Source: Minisyncoccota bacterium
GTDB lineage: Bacteria; Patescibacteriota; Minisyncoccia; Phycocordibacterales; UBA6065
DNA length: 54,709 bases
Reading direction: 5' to 3'
Assembly: GCA_035545915.1 (NCBI GenBank)
Contig: DASZXL010000002.1
Span: 1 to 54,709 of the forward strand
Shown: piece by piece, positions 30,156 through 37,702 of the stretch
Layout: each line of letters starts with the position of its first letter
Numbering within the stretch: position 1 is the first letter of the stretch
The notes under the pieces: model-generated
Told to the model about the DNA's origin: nothing
The model's database searches: none
What the model saw: only the letters and a program-made list of their open reading frames with translations
Made by a program: the position numbers and the translations under genes

Positions 30156-30644
30156 CTATCCCTTCCCCTCGAGCGTCACGCCGTCCGCGCTCTGGTGGAC
30201 GTCGAACGTGAATCGATAGTCGGCATCTTTTATATCGACGTCCGCGCGCGCTTCCGGTTGGACCGAGACGAGAGATACGCTGAAATCGCCGACTGAGGTT
30301 GTGGAACCGAGCGTCATGACGTCCTGGCGGGACGCGCCGTTATCGAATGCCGATCGCACGACGACCTGCACCGTGCCTGCCCATATGCACTGGACGCCTG
30401 CCGCGCAGCGGCTGTCCTGCGATACGGACAAGGGAATGATAGTGATGCCGGGGAAGACACCTTGCTGGCCCAAAGCCAAGGTCGCTGTGCCATAGGGAAG
30501 GATCATGGTCGATCCTGACGGGGTAGAGGTAGCGTCAGTCGCGATCCCGTTATCGCGATTGGCCCAGAAATACATGCTAAGTCCGATCAGGATGACGACG
30601 ATCGCGCCGACCGCCCACATGCCATAGTTTTTTTCGTTGTTCAT
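30156..30644 (-). CDS. hypothetical membrane-anchored beta-rich protein
   Basis: 162 aa. N-terminal TM segment MWAVGAIVVILIGLSMYFWA and an extracytoplasmic domain with a Cys pair. Confidence 0.6.
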   Translation of the reverse strand: MNNEKNYGMWAVGAIVVILIGLSMYFWANRDNGIATDATSTPSGSTMILPYGTATLALGQQGVFPGITIIPLSVSQDSRCAAGVQCIWAGTVQVVVRSAFDNGASRQDVMTLGSTTSVGDFSVSLVSVQPEARADVDIKDADYRFTFDVHQSADGVTLEGKG

Positions 30645-30707
30645 ACGTTTATAAGCCTATATACATAGATAGTACAGGAAATGACGACCTAATTGTTTCA
30701 CTAAGAT

Positions 30708-30741
30708 AAAAGCGCTTGCCTCGGGCGGAGGAAGCGCTTTT
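30708..30741. other. orphan 10-bp-stem hairpin (aaaagcgctt...aagcgctttt) in a divergent intergenic region
   Basis: Perfect inverted repeat at 30708-30717 and 30732-30741 enclosing a second small stem. No gene ends next to it. Confidence 0.4.
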
Positions 30742-30814
30742 ACCGATCACTATTAGAAGGACACATTGATACTACGGGGCAGGGGATCTTTTCTTTCAAA
30801 AACGCCCAGTTGCC

Positions 30815-30843
30815 TTGGAAAAGAGGTCGTGTCGTGATAAGGT
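30815..30843 (+). promoter_or_regulatory. weak candidate promoter for the tRNA-Met/tRNA-Asp unit (TTGGAA-17 nt-TGaTAAGGT)
   Basis: Correct hexamer spacing, but a poor -10 box. Confidence 0.25.
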
Positions 30844-30889
30844 ATGCAAATCTCCGGCCAAAAGTGGGGCTTGGGAGCAGATCGATCAT

Positions 30890-30918
30890 GCCGGGGTAGC
30901 TGTTTTGGTTAGGTAAGC
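30890..30918 (+). other. degenerate copy of the 5' acceptor/D-arm of the downstream tRNA-Met
   Basis: GCCGGGGTAGCTGTTTTGGTTAGGTAAGC versus the tRNA 5' end GTCGGGGTAGCTCAGTTGGTTAGAGCA: 19 of the first 23 nt identical. Confidence 0.7.
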
Positions 30919-30933
30919 GGGGGTCGATAATAT

Positions 30934-31007
30934 GTCGGGGTAGCTCAGTTGGTTAGAGCACAGGACTCATAAGCCTGGGGTCGTGGGTTCGACTCCCACC
31001 CCCGACA
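30934..31007 (+). tRNA. tRNA-Met, elongator type (anticodon CAT); tRNA-Ile2 (lysidine) not excluded
   Basis: Acceptor GTCGGGG/CCCCGAC, D-arm TAGCTCAGTTGGTTAGAGC, anticodon loop CTCATAA, T-arm GTGGGTTCGACTCCCAC. Confidence 0.85.
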
Positions 31008-31060
31008 CACGTGATTTTTTAGTCTGCCTATGATTAAATAAGTCGCGCACATATGTAAAT

Positions 31061-31089
31061 GCGGGTGTAGCTGTTTTGATTAGTTAAGC
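31061..31089 (+). other. degenerate copy of the 5' acceptor/D-arm of the downstream tRNA-Asp
   Basis: GCGGGTGTAGCTGTTTTGATTAGTTAAGC versus the tRNA 5' end GCGGGTGTAGCTCAGTTGGTTAGAGCG. The first 12 nt are identical. Confidence 0.7.
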
Positions 31090-31094
31090 ACAAT

Positions 31095-31168
31095 GCGGGT
31101 GTAGCTCAGTTGGTTAGAGCGCTTCCCTGTCACGGAAGAGGTCGCGGGTTCGAGTCCCGTCACTCGCG
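31095..31168 (+). tRNA. tRNA-Asp (anticodon GTC)
   Basis: Acceptor GCGGGTG/CACTCGC, anticodon stem-loop CTTCC-CTGTCAC-GGAAG, T-arm GCGGGTTCGAGTCCCGT, discriminator G. Confidence 0.9.
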
Positions 31169-31179
31169 CATCCTGAAAG

Positions 31180-31209
31180 AGCCCATGAGCCCTAAGCCAT
31201 GGGCTTTTT
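31180..31209 (+). terminator. intrinsic terminator after the tRNA-Asp gene
   Basis: agcccatg-(10 nt)-catgggct followed by ttttt. Confidence 0.7.
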
Positions 31210-31243
31210 CGTACTACAGGCGGGCATTAATCGAAATAAACAT

Positions 31244-31429
31244 ATGAATGAGAGCAATTCGACGATGAACGCTATCCTGGTCATCCTCATCGTGATCGTC
31301 GTGGGTTTTATCGTCTGGTTCGTCATGTCCCGTCCGGCCGGGGCTCCCGCTGATAATACCTCTCCGGCTATACAGGTGAATCTGCCGGGTTCGACCGGCG
31401 GCGACTCTACCGGCGCGCCGGCATATTAG
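31244..31429 (+). CDS. small membrane protein (hypothetical)
   Basis: 61 aa. MNESNSTMNAILVILIVIVVGFIVWFVM TM segment. The tracked start 31199 lies inside the terminator stem, so ATG 31244 is used. Confidence 0.45.
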   Translation: MNESNSTMNAILVILIVIVVGFIVWFVMSRPAGAPADNTSPAIQVNLPGSTGGDSTGAPAY

Positions 31430-31452
31430 AGCGATCTCGCGTACGCCTTAAG

Positions 31453-31480
31453 AAAAAACCCTCCGTACGGAGGGTTTTTT
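31453..31480. terminator. bidirectional intrinsic terminator between convergent genes
   Basis: aaaaaa-ccctcc-gtac-ggaggg-tttttt. Confidence 0.8.
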
Positions 31481-31496
31481 CGAGCAGGCATGAGCT

Positions 31497-31904
31497 CTAC
31501 ATCTTCAGTATCTTGATGCCGTGAGGATTTCGGTATACGCGGACGAAGATCGTCGTGATATACGCCGACACTATGATCGTGAAGAGTGTAGCGAGGATCG
31601 ATTGGAGGGGAAGGATGCGATAAAGGGCGCTTATGGCCGACGAGAAATACGCCGGCGTCATCGCGAAGGTCGCTCGGAGGCCCTCGAGGGCTTTTGTCGC
31701 GTCGGCGGTGGTGAGCGCGCGATAGAGATCAAACGAGAGGACGCTCAAGTTAAGGCAGAGGATAGCTCCCGAGAAGGCCAGGTATTTGCCGTATCCCGCG
31801 AGGAATACGCGCTTCATTATCTTGCCGTGGAGACGCTCCGGCATCTGCTCCTCGGGGAGGGCTTCGATCATAGCGTCAGTGAATATGTGTTCCTTTTGAT
31901 TCAT
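31497..31904 (-). CDS. putative anti-sigma factor / membrane protein cotranscribed with the ECF sigma factor
   Basis: 135 aa. Cytoplasmic N-terminus plus 2-3 TM segments. Starts 22 nt after the sigma gene. Confidence 0.5.
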   Translation of the reverse strand: MNQKEHIFTDAMIEALPEEQMPERLHGKIMKRVFLAGYGKYLAFSGAILCLNLSVLSFDLYRALTTADATKALEGLRATFAMTPAYFSSAISALYRILPLQSILATLFTIIVSAYITTIFVRVYRNPHGIKILKM

Positions 31905-31926
31905 GTATGTTTGTGTGTTTTGCGAT

Positions 31927-32472
31927 CTATTCGTAGTTCACGAGGAGGCTGGCCAGCTGTTTCTTTGCCCTTGAAAGGCGGGTCTTCAGCGTATTGATCG
32001 GGATAGAGAGCATGCTCGCTATCTCCTCATAGCTGAATCCGTCTTTGTAATACAAGATTATCGGCCCCCTATAGAGGAGGTCGAGCCTGGTTATCGCGGC
32101 CGCGACGTCTTTCGTTTCAACGCTGTCTTCAGTCGACACCGAGTAATACGAGGCATTGTCAGGCTTTGTTTCGTACTCTTCGTCAAGCTCGACCGTCGGT
32201 TGGCGCTTCTTCTTTCTGAGGAAATCGTAGGCCGTATTCGTGGCGATGGTGTATATCCACGACTTGATATTCTTCGACGGATCGACGGTCTTTATATTTT
32301 TGAAGACCTTTACGAACGTGTCCTGTATGAGGTCTTCGGCGTCGTCACGGGAGCCGACGAGGCGCACAAGATAGCTCCAGAGGGGCTTCTCGAACGTCGA
32401 TACTATCTCTTCGAAGGCGAGGATGTCGCCTTTCCGAGCCCTCTCTATGGTTTCAGGGGGTATGGTGCTCAT
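31927..32472 (-). CDS. ECF-type RNA polymerase sigma-70 family factor
   Basis: Region 2 DAEDLIQDTFVKVF and region 4 HTH SYEEIASMLSIPINTLKTRLSRAKKQL. Start moved to ATG 32472 because the tracked start 32538 overlaps the tRNA-Thr gene. Confidence 0.85.
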   Translation of the reverse strand: MSTIPPETIERARKGDILAFEEIVSTFEKPLWSYLVRLVGSRDDAEDLIQDTFVKVFKNIKTVDPSKNIKSWIYTIATNTAYDFLRKKKRQPTVELDEEYETKPDNASYYSVSTEDSVETKDVAAAITRLDLLYRGPIILYYKDGFSYEEIASMLSIPINTLKTRLSRAKKQLASLLVNYE

Positions 32473-32529
32473 ATCGCCTATAGTATACGCCTGCCATAGA
32501 CATATTGTTTCATCCGGCGCCGTCTTTTT

Positions 32530-32605
32530 TGGAGCCACCTCCGAGAGTCGAACTCGGGACCTCTACTTTACGAAAGTATTGCTCTACCAGCTGAGCTAAG
32601 GTGGC
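32530..32605 (-). tRNA. tRNA-Thr (anticodon CGT), CCA encoded
   Basis: Minus strand: acceptor GCCACCT/AGGTGGC, anticodon loop TTCGTAA, T-arm CCGAGTTCGACTCTCGG, discriminator T, then CCA. Confidence 0.88.
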
Positions 32606-32643
32606 CTACAGGGATATTGCTCTGACAATTTACCACCTTCGTT

Positions 32644-32670
32644 GTTATCTACCAAAACAGCTAAGGTGGC
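32644..32670 (-). other. degenerate copy of the 5' acceptor/D-arm of the downstream tRNA-Thr(CGT)
   Basis: Minus strand GCCACCTTAGCTGTTTTGGTAGATAAC versus the tRNA 5' end GCCACCTTAGCTCAGCTGGTAGAGCAA. Its first 8 nt can pair with AAGGTGGT at 32632-32639, closing a minihelix. Confidence 0.7.
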
Positions 32671-32697
32671 AGTATTGATCTTTCGAACGACTGACGG

Positions 32698-32770
32698 AGC
32701 CAACATCCAGGATCGAACTGGAGACCTCGTCATTACCAATGACGTGCTCTACCAACTGAGCTATGTTGGC
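32698..32770 (-). tRNA. tRNA-Thr (anticodon GGT)
   Basis: Minus strand: acceptor GCCAACA/TGTTGGC, anticodon stem-loop CGTCA-TTGGTAA-TGACG, T-arm TCCAGTTCGATCCTGGA. Confidence 0.9.
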
Positions 32771-32793
32771 TGAATTCCGAAAAGACAAAGCCC

Positions 32794-32822
32794 ACTATAG
32801 TTTATTTTGGCCCTTTTTGCAA
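32794..32822 (-). promoter_or_regulatory. sigma70-type promoter for the tRNA-Thr pair (TTGCAA-17 nt-TATAGT on the minus strand)
   Basis: -35 at 32822-32817 and -10 at 32799-32794. Predicted start ~17 nt upstream of tRNA-Thr(GGT). Confidence 0.5.
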
Positions 32823-32836
32823 AAGAGAAGGCGATG

Positions 32837-32864
32837 TTGACATATGGCCGCCTTGATATATCAT
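32837..32864 (+). promoter_or_regulatory. consensus-like sigma70 promoter (TTGACA-16 nt-TATCAT), divergent from the tRNA promoter
   Basis: TTGACA at 32837-32842 and TATCAT at 32859-32864. A TGaTATATC extended -10 reading at 32854-32862 is also possible. Confidence 0.5.
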
Positions 32865-32869
32865 CCGTA

Positions 32870-33030
32870 CACGCCGCGACGATTGGTGGTTACCCCCGAT
32901 CCTTAGATCGCCTCTGCGTCTGCGCGTAAGCCTCGGTTCTCGGCAGCCGCATCGACCTCGCGCCGGGAGGTCTTTTCGCCGAAAACCGCAGGCTCTGGGC
33001 TGGTGCCGATCGCACCAGCCCTTTTTATTT
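32870..33030 (+). ncRNA. candidate unclassified small RNA (~160 nt) or structured leader, bounded by its own promoter and a strong intrinsic terminator
   Basis: No credible ORF in any frame. Hairpins cgatc-ctta-gatcg (~32898-32911) and gacctc-gcgccgg-gaggtc-tttt (32954-32976). Terminator gggctggtgc-cgatc-gcaccagccc-tttttattt (32997-33030). Confidence 0.35.
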
Positions 33031-33065
33031 GCGCCGGCTTACCGGGGTCCAATGCTATACTTTTA

Positions 33066-33938
33066 ATGATGAACGATACCAAGAAGCGCATAGGAGAGAT
33101 CGAGACGCTCATGGCCGAGGCCTCCTTTTGGGATGATAAAGAGCGGGCCCAGACCGTTCTCCGCGAATTAAGCGACCTTAAAGCCGCGCTTGCCGAGGCC
33201 GATAGGTTCGAGAAGGGGAATGCCGTCATCACTCTATTCTCCGGCGCGGGCGGCGACGATGCCGAGGATTTCTCGCGCATCCTTCTTGAGATGTACGTGA
33301 AATACGCCGATAGGAAAGGCTGGTCGGTGTCATTCCTTCATGATAGTCAGAACGACCATGGCGGCTATAGGAATGTGACGTTCGAGGTCGGCGGCAAAGG
33401 CGCCTATGGCACGCTTAAAAACGAGTCGGGCGTCCATCGCCTGGTCCGCATATCGCCCTTTAACGCCAAGAAGCTCCGTCATACGTCGTTCTCGCTCGTC
33501 GAAGTCATACCGAAATTCGAGAAGACGGAGAAGCTCGAGATTCCCGCAGAGGAGATCAAGATCGAATTCGCCAAATCGTCGGGTCCCGGCGGCCAGAACG
33601 TGAACAAGCGCGAGACTGCGGTGCGCCTCGTCCACATACCGACCAAGATATCGGTCCATGTATCGAGTGAGCGCTCGCAGGCGGACAATAGGTCGCGGGC
33701 CATGGATATACTCAAGGCCAAGATCTACAAGATGCGCGAGGACGAGCGCGCGGCGAAAGAGAAGGGCATGCAGATATCGAAGACCACGGATATCGAATGG
33801 GGCAATCAGATCCGCTCGTACGTGCTCCATCCCTATAAGATGGTCAAAGACCACCGCACCGACGTCGAGACCGCTAACGTCGACGCCGTCCTCTCGGGCG
33901 GCATAGACGCCTTTATCGAGGCCGAGCGGAACATATAG
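33066..33938 (+). CDS. prfB: peptide chain release factor 2 with minimal domain 1, no programmed frameshift
   Basis: 290 aa from ATG 33066. SPF tripeptide (VRISPFNAKK), GGQ (SGPGGQNVNK) and HRLVR all present. TGcTATACT at 33053-33061 lies directly upstream. Confidence 0.88.
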   Translation: MMNDTKKRIGEIETLMAEASFWDDKERAQTVLRELSDLKAALAEADRFEKGNAVITLFSGAGGDDAEDFSRILLEMYVKYADRKGWSVSFLHDSQNDHGGYRNVTFEVGGKGAYGTLKNESGVHRLVRISPFNAKKLRHTSFSLVEVIPKFEKTEKLEIPAEEIKIEFAKSSGPGGQNVNKRETAVRLVHIPTKISVHVSSERSQADNRSRAMDILKAKIYKMREDERAAKEKGMQISKTTDIEWGNQIRSYVLHPYKMVKDHRTDVETANVDAVLSGGIDAFIEAERNI

Positions 33939-33985
33939 GCTTCCCGTAGCGTGGTATAATCGGGAACGCTAGAATATATTCTCGT

Positions 33986-34666
33986 ATGATTCGATTCGAC
34001 AAAGTAACCAAGGTATATTCCGACGATTCGGTCGCGCTCGAAGAGGTCTCTCTCCATATAGAGCCGAAGGAGTTCGTCTCCATCGTCGGTCATTCGGGCG
34101 CCGGCAAGACGACCCTTATAAAGATGATCCTCGCCGAAGAAAGGCCTACCAAAGGCCGGGTCCTTTTCGAATCGACGGACGTGAACAAGATAAACAGGAC
34201 CAAGATGCCGGCCTATCGCCGGCGCATCGGCACGGTCTTCCAGGATTTCAGGCTCATACCTAACAAGACGGTGTTCGAGAACATATCGTTCGCTATGGAG
34301 GCGGCGGGGAGGACCGACGAGGAGATCGCATCCGACGTCCCGCATGTCCTCGACCTCGTCGATCTCGGCAGGAAGATCTGGAGTTTCCCGCACGAGCTCT
34401 CCGGCGGCGAGAAGCAGCGCGTCGCCATAGCCCGCGCCATCGTCAATCAGCCCGATCTCATCATCGCCGACGAGCCGACTGGCAACCTCGATCCCGTGAA
34501 CACGTTCGAGATCGTCCAGATATTGAAAAAGATCAACGATCTGGGCACCACGGTCATACTTACGACCCATAATAAGGGCGTTATAGAGAATATAGGACGG
34601 CGGGTCGTCACCATGGAGAAGGGCCGCGTCGTAAGGGACGACCCTGAGGGAAAATACGCTATCTAA
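33986..34666 (+). CDS. ftsE: cell-division ABC transporter ATP-binding protein FtsE
   Basis: Walker A GHSGAGKTT, signature LSGGEKQRVAIARA, Walker B LIIADEPTGNLD. 226 aa, typical FtsE size. Confidence 0.88.
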   Translation: MIRFDKVTKVYSDDSVALEEVSLHIEPKEFVSIVGHSGAGKTTLIKMILAEERPTKGRVLFESTDVNKINRTKMPAYRRRIGTVFQDFRLIPNKTVFENISFAMEAAGRTDEEIASDVPHVLDLVDLGRKIWSFPHELSGGEKQRVAIARAIVNQPDLIIADEPTGNLDPVNTFEIVQILKKINDLGTTVILTTHNKGVIENIGRRVVTMEKGRVVRDDPEGKYAI

Positions 34667-34730
34667 CGGGCGCCGATATCGGGTATAATATCTCATGACG
34701 CGTACATCACCCCGCGCATATTAGTAATTT

Positions 34731-37673
34731 ATGAGCAGTATGAACAATATGATCTTTCGCATCGTCAGAGCCCTCGTCTTCGGCCTCGCCTTAGCGTCCG
34801 CGCCCGTCATGGCGCTAGCCCAGACCGCCGGACAGCAAGCCGAAGTGCTTGCCAAGATATCTCTCGAGACAGGAAAGGCCGTACAGACCGATCGCTCGGT
34901 CGCGGTGACGTTCTCGGTCAAGAACGGCGGCGCCCCGACATCGGGTATAAAGACGAGCGTCATCCTGCTCTCGTCCGACCTCTCGTCGGTCGTCGACGAG
35001 GCGCCGATCGAAGGCGACATCGCTCTCGGGGCGGGGGATAAGAAAGAAATCTCATATACGTACGCGGCTCCGAAGTCGCTTTCCGGCGCATATCGTGTCG
35101 GCGTCCGCGCCCAGACGGCTGCGAATTTCCCTCTGGGTACGCTCATAATCCCAGGCAATATCACGCTCTCGGCGCCGACTGACGGCGTGTTCATCGATCA
35201 GTCGTCCTGCTATCTCAAGGTCGCTGGAGAGACGGCGGACAAACGCTATACTCTCGAGGGGGGCGTGGCGGTGAAACCTACCGAGAAGCTCTCGCTCTCA
35301 TGCTCGGTCAAGAATTTCAGCGCCGACCCGGTCCAGGTGAAATCCTATTTCGATACGTATCTCCGTTCTCGATCGGGCCCGCTCTCTTCCGCTAACGTCG
35401 CAGGCGAAGACTATATGCTCCGGAGCTCCGAGACGAAGCGCATAGACCTTCCTCTTACCTTGCCTGCGATCCCTCAGGCCTATGACATCATCGCGCGCCT
35501 CGCGCCGATGTCAGGAGAGGCGTCGAACGATGTTCGCGCCCATATCGTCGTCTATGGTCCGAGCGCCACCATCCAGAGCTTTTCCCTCGATAAGACGGCG
35601 TATAAGAAGGGAGACCAGGCCGAGGCGACTCTCGTCTGGACGCCTTCCGCCGACTCTTTCCCGGATTCCCGCCTCGGCGACGGCACCAAGCTTGTCGCGG
35701 CTCAGGCTGTCGTATCGCTTCGTTCTGGCGACAAGTCCTGCGGTCCTGATCTCAAAGTGCCTCTTCTCGCCACTTCTTTCACTATAATCAGATCTATGAC
35801 CATCGATTCTGCCTGTTCGCCTATATCCGCCCATGTAAGCATCGCTGACGGCGAGCGCGAGCTCGCATCCGCGGATTATGCCATGCCGCTCCCTCCGGAA
35901 GAGGACTCTCAGGGCATGCTCGTCGCCATAGCGGTCGCTACGGTCGCTCTTTTCGCGCTCCTTATCGCTCTCCTCGTCAAGCTTTTCAAGAGCAAGGGTA
36001 AGGGCATTCCTCCCGCGACCATTCCTCCGGCGGCGGCCCTCGCCATCGCATTCATAATCGGTCTTGGCTTCGCGCATCCGGCCTCCGCTGATACCGTTAC
36101 GTGGACCGACAAGGGCGGCAATACGCTCACGGGCACCATAAACATGCAGAGCGTCTGGAATGAAGGCGACAGCATCGGATTCTCCGGCGATTTCAGCAAT
36201 ACCTATCAGTGGTGCTCGAATGGCGCGAAGAGGACCATAACCTACGCCTATGAGATCCACGACAGCCAAGACCGCATCGTCAACAGCGGCCATGCCATCA
36301 ACGGCCCCTACTTCGATAGGAGCGTGGGCGCCTTGCCGCCCGGCAATTATGTGCTGAAGAGCTATTTCGGCGACAGCGTAGAGCAGAGGATAGACCACTA
36401 TGAAGACGGCACCTGCCTCGATTATTCCACCTATGCCGAGAACTACGGCGAGAACGGCATCGAAGAGGTCACTCCTCCTACGCCGTATACCTGCCCGGTT
36501 CCCGTGTACGTATCGGTCGGCACCACCGGCCTCGCTACCGCTGAGATGCCGTTCAGCGTGGTCGCCGTGGATAAGAGCCCGACCGGCTTCGTGGACGCGG
36601 CAGACTGCAATGCGATCAGCGGCTGGGCATTCGACTCTGACTCTCCGAACACCTCCGTCACCGTCCACCTCTACAAAGACGGACCGGCGGGGTCGGGCCA
36701 GATCGTCGGCGGCTATAGAGCGGACAGCGACAGGCCTGACGTGGATGCGGTATACGGCATATCGGGAGCTCACGGCTTCTCCATACCGACTCCCGACTCT
36801 CTCAAGACGGGCTCTGACGTCACCGTGTATCTCTATGGCATAGGCGTTAATTCATCGGGCCAGGAAGACGGCATGAACAGCGCTCTCTCCAATATGCCGA
36901 GGACGTTCAGATGCGATCCTCCGGCAGTGACGCCGACCGATATGTGCGTCAACATAGGCGGCGTCCAGCCTTCGGTCCCTGCCGATCGAATCCAGAGCGG
37001 CCAGAACTGCGTCTGTCCTCCGGGCGCGACGGAGAACGGCGCGGGCCAGTGCGTCAGTCCGGCGGCTCCGGCGCAATGCGCCGACGGGACGGATAACGAC
37101 GGCGACGGGCTCACCGATATGAGCGATCCCGGCTGCTCGTCTATATATGACAATGACGAGACGAATGCGGGTACCGACGATAACAATAACGGCAACGTCG
37201 GAAACGTCGATAACGGGGGCGGCGGAGGGAATGGGGGCGGTAACGGCGGCGCTCTCTCAGGCTTCACCATAAGCGGTCAGACGAGGCTCCCGATACGATT
37301 CATCGCCCAGTCTCCGGCAATGTCTCAGCCGGGCAACGTGTCGGTCAATCCGGTCTCAGGATTCAGCGCCCCGGTAACCCTGTCCGTAGAATCGATACGT
37401 TCTGCCTCGGGCGCGTCTCTTCCTGACGACGTGTCGCCGACGTATTACTTCGGAGGCGCGGAGAGCTCCTCGGCCCTGATGTCTTACAATCCCGCCTATG
37501 ATCAGTACGTGAATACCGGTGGGCTCATTGGCACCACATTCTCGGTGCGCCTTTCGAAGCCGATAGCGGAGAAGTACTACGTCACCATACGCGGCATATC
37601 AGGCGCGCTCACGACGACCCATGTCGTCGAGATCGATCCGACGGCGACCGCGCCTGAATATAAGGAGCTCTAA
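34731..37673 (+). CDS. 980-aa membrane-spanning surface protein (hypothetical) inserted between ftsE and ftsX
   Basis: Signal peptide ...LALASAPVMALAQ. CARDB-like beta-sandwich repeats. Central TM pair (LVAIAVATVALFALLIALLVKLF and AAALAIAFIIGLGFA). Cys-rich segment with DNDGDGLTD. Low-complexity NNNGNVGNVDNGGGGGNGGGNGG. Confidence 0.8.
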   Translation: MSSMNNMIFRIVRALVFGLALASAPVMALAQTAGQQAEVLAKISLETGKAVQTDRSVAVTFSVKNGGAPTSGIKTSVILLSSDLSSVVDEAPIEGDIALGAGDKKEISYTYAAPKSLSGAYRVGVRAQTAANFPLGTLIIPGNITLSAPTDGVFIDQSSCYLKVAGETADKRYTLEGGVAVKPTEKLSLSCSVKNFSADPVQVKSYFDTYLRSRSGPLSSANVAGEDYMLRSSETKRIDLPLTLPAIPQAYDIIARLAPMSGEASNDVRAHIVVYGPSATIQSFSLDKTAYKKGDQAEATLVWTPSADSFPDSRLGDGTKLVAAQAVVSLRSGDKSCGPDLKVPLLATSFTIIRSMTIDSACSPISAHVSIADGERELASADYAMPLPPEEDSQGMLVAIAVATVALFALLIALLVKLFKSKGKGIPPATIPPAAALAIAFIIGLGFAHPASADTVTWTDKGGNTLTGTINMQSVWNEGDSIGFSGDFSNTYQWCSNGAKRTITYAYEIHDSQDRIVNSGHAINGPYFDRSVGALPPGNYVLKSYFGDSVEQRIDHYEDGTCLDYSTYAENYGENGIEEVTPPTPYTCPVPVYVSVGTTGLATAEMPFSVVAVDKSPTGFVDAADCNAISGWAFDSDSPNTSVTVHLYKDGPAGSGQIVGGYRADSDRPDVDAVYGISGAHGFSIPTPDSLKTGSDVTVYLYGIGVNSSGQEDGMNSALSNMPRTFRCDPPAVTPTDMCVNIGGVQPSVPADRIQSGQNCVCPPGATENGAGQCVSPAAPAQCADGTDNDGDGLTDMSDPGCSSIYDNDETNAGTDDNNNGNVGNVDNGGGGGNGGGNGGALSGFTISGQTRLPIRFIAQSPAMSQPGNVSVNPVSGFSAPVTLSVESIRSASGASLPDDVSPTYYFGGAESSSALMSYNPAYDQYVNTGGLIGTTFSVRLSKPIAEKYYVTIRGISGALTTTHVVEIDPTATAPEYKEL

Positions 37674-37702
37674 GATAATGAGGAGTCTGCTATAATCCGC
37701 TC

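Noticed and set aside
32473-32538. Upstream extension of the ECF sigma ORF to ATG 32538
   Set aside because: It would overlap the 3' end of tRNA-Thr(CGT). The conserved sigma region begins after Met 23, and a TATACT box precedes ATG 32472.
32884-32900. TTGGTGGTTACCCCCG resembles the T-box consensus GGGTGGTACCGCG
   Set aside because: It lies at the 5' end of the candidate RNA, not in an antiterminator next to the terminator. No specifier-loop or stem I features are visible. The downstream gene is not an aminoacyl-tRNA synthetase.
33003-33065. GTG-initiated N-terminal extension of prfB (MPIAPALFICAGLPGSNAILL) and a possible programmed +1 frameshift site around CTTTTAATG
   Set aside because: The extension runs through the terminator stem and T-tract and has no RF2 similarity. 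The 0-frame required for a +1 shift has no start codon and no stop at the site. The TTT-TAA stop is in the wrong frame, since it would need a -1 shift.
32903-33280. 125-aa minus-strand ORF across the prfB 5' region
   Set aside because: It is antisense to prfB and to the terminator, and its composition is Ser/Ala/Arg-rich low complexity.
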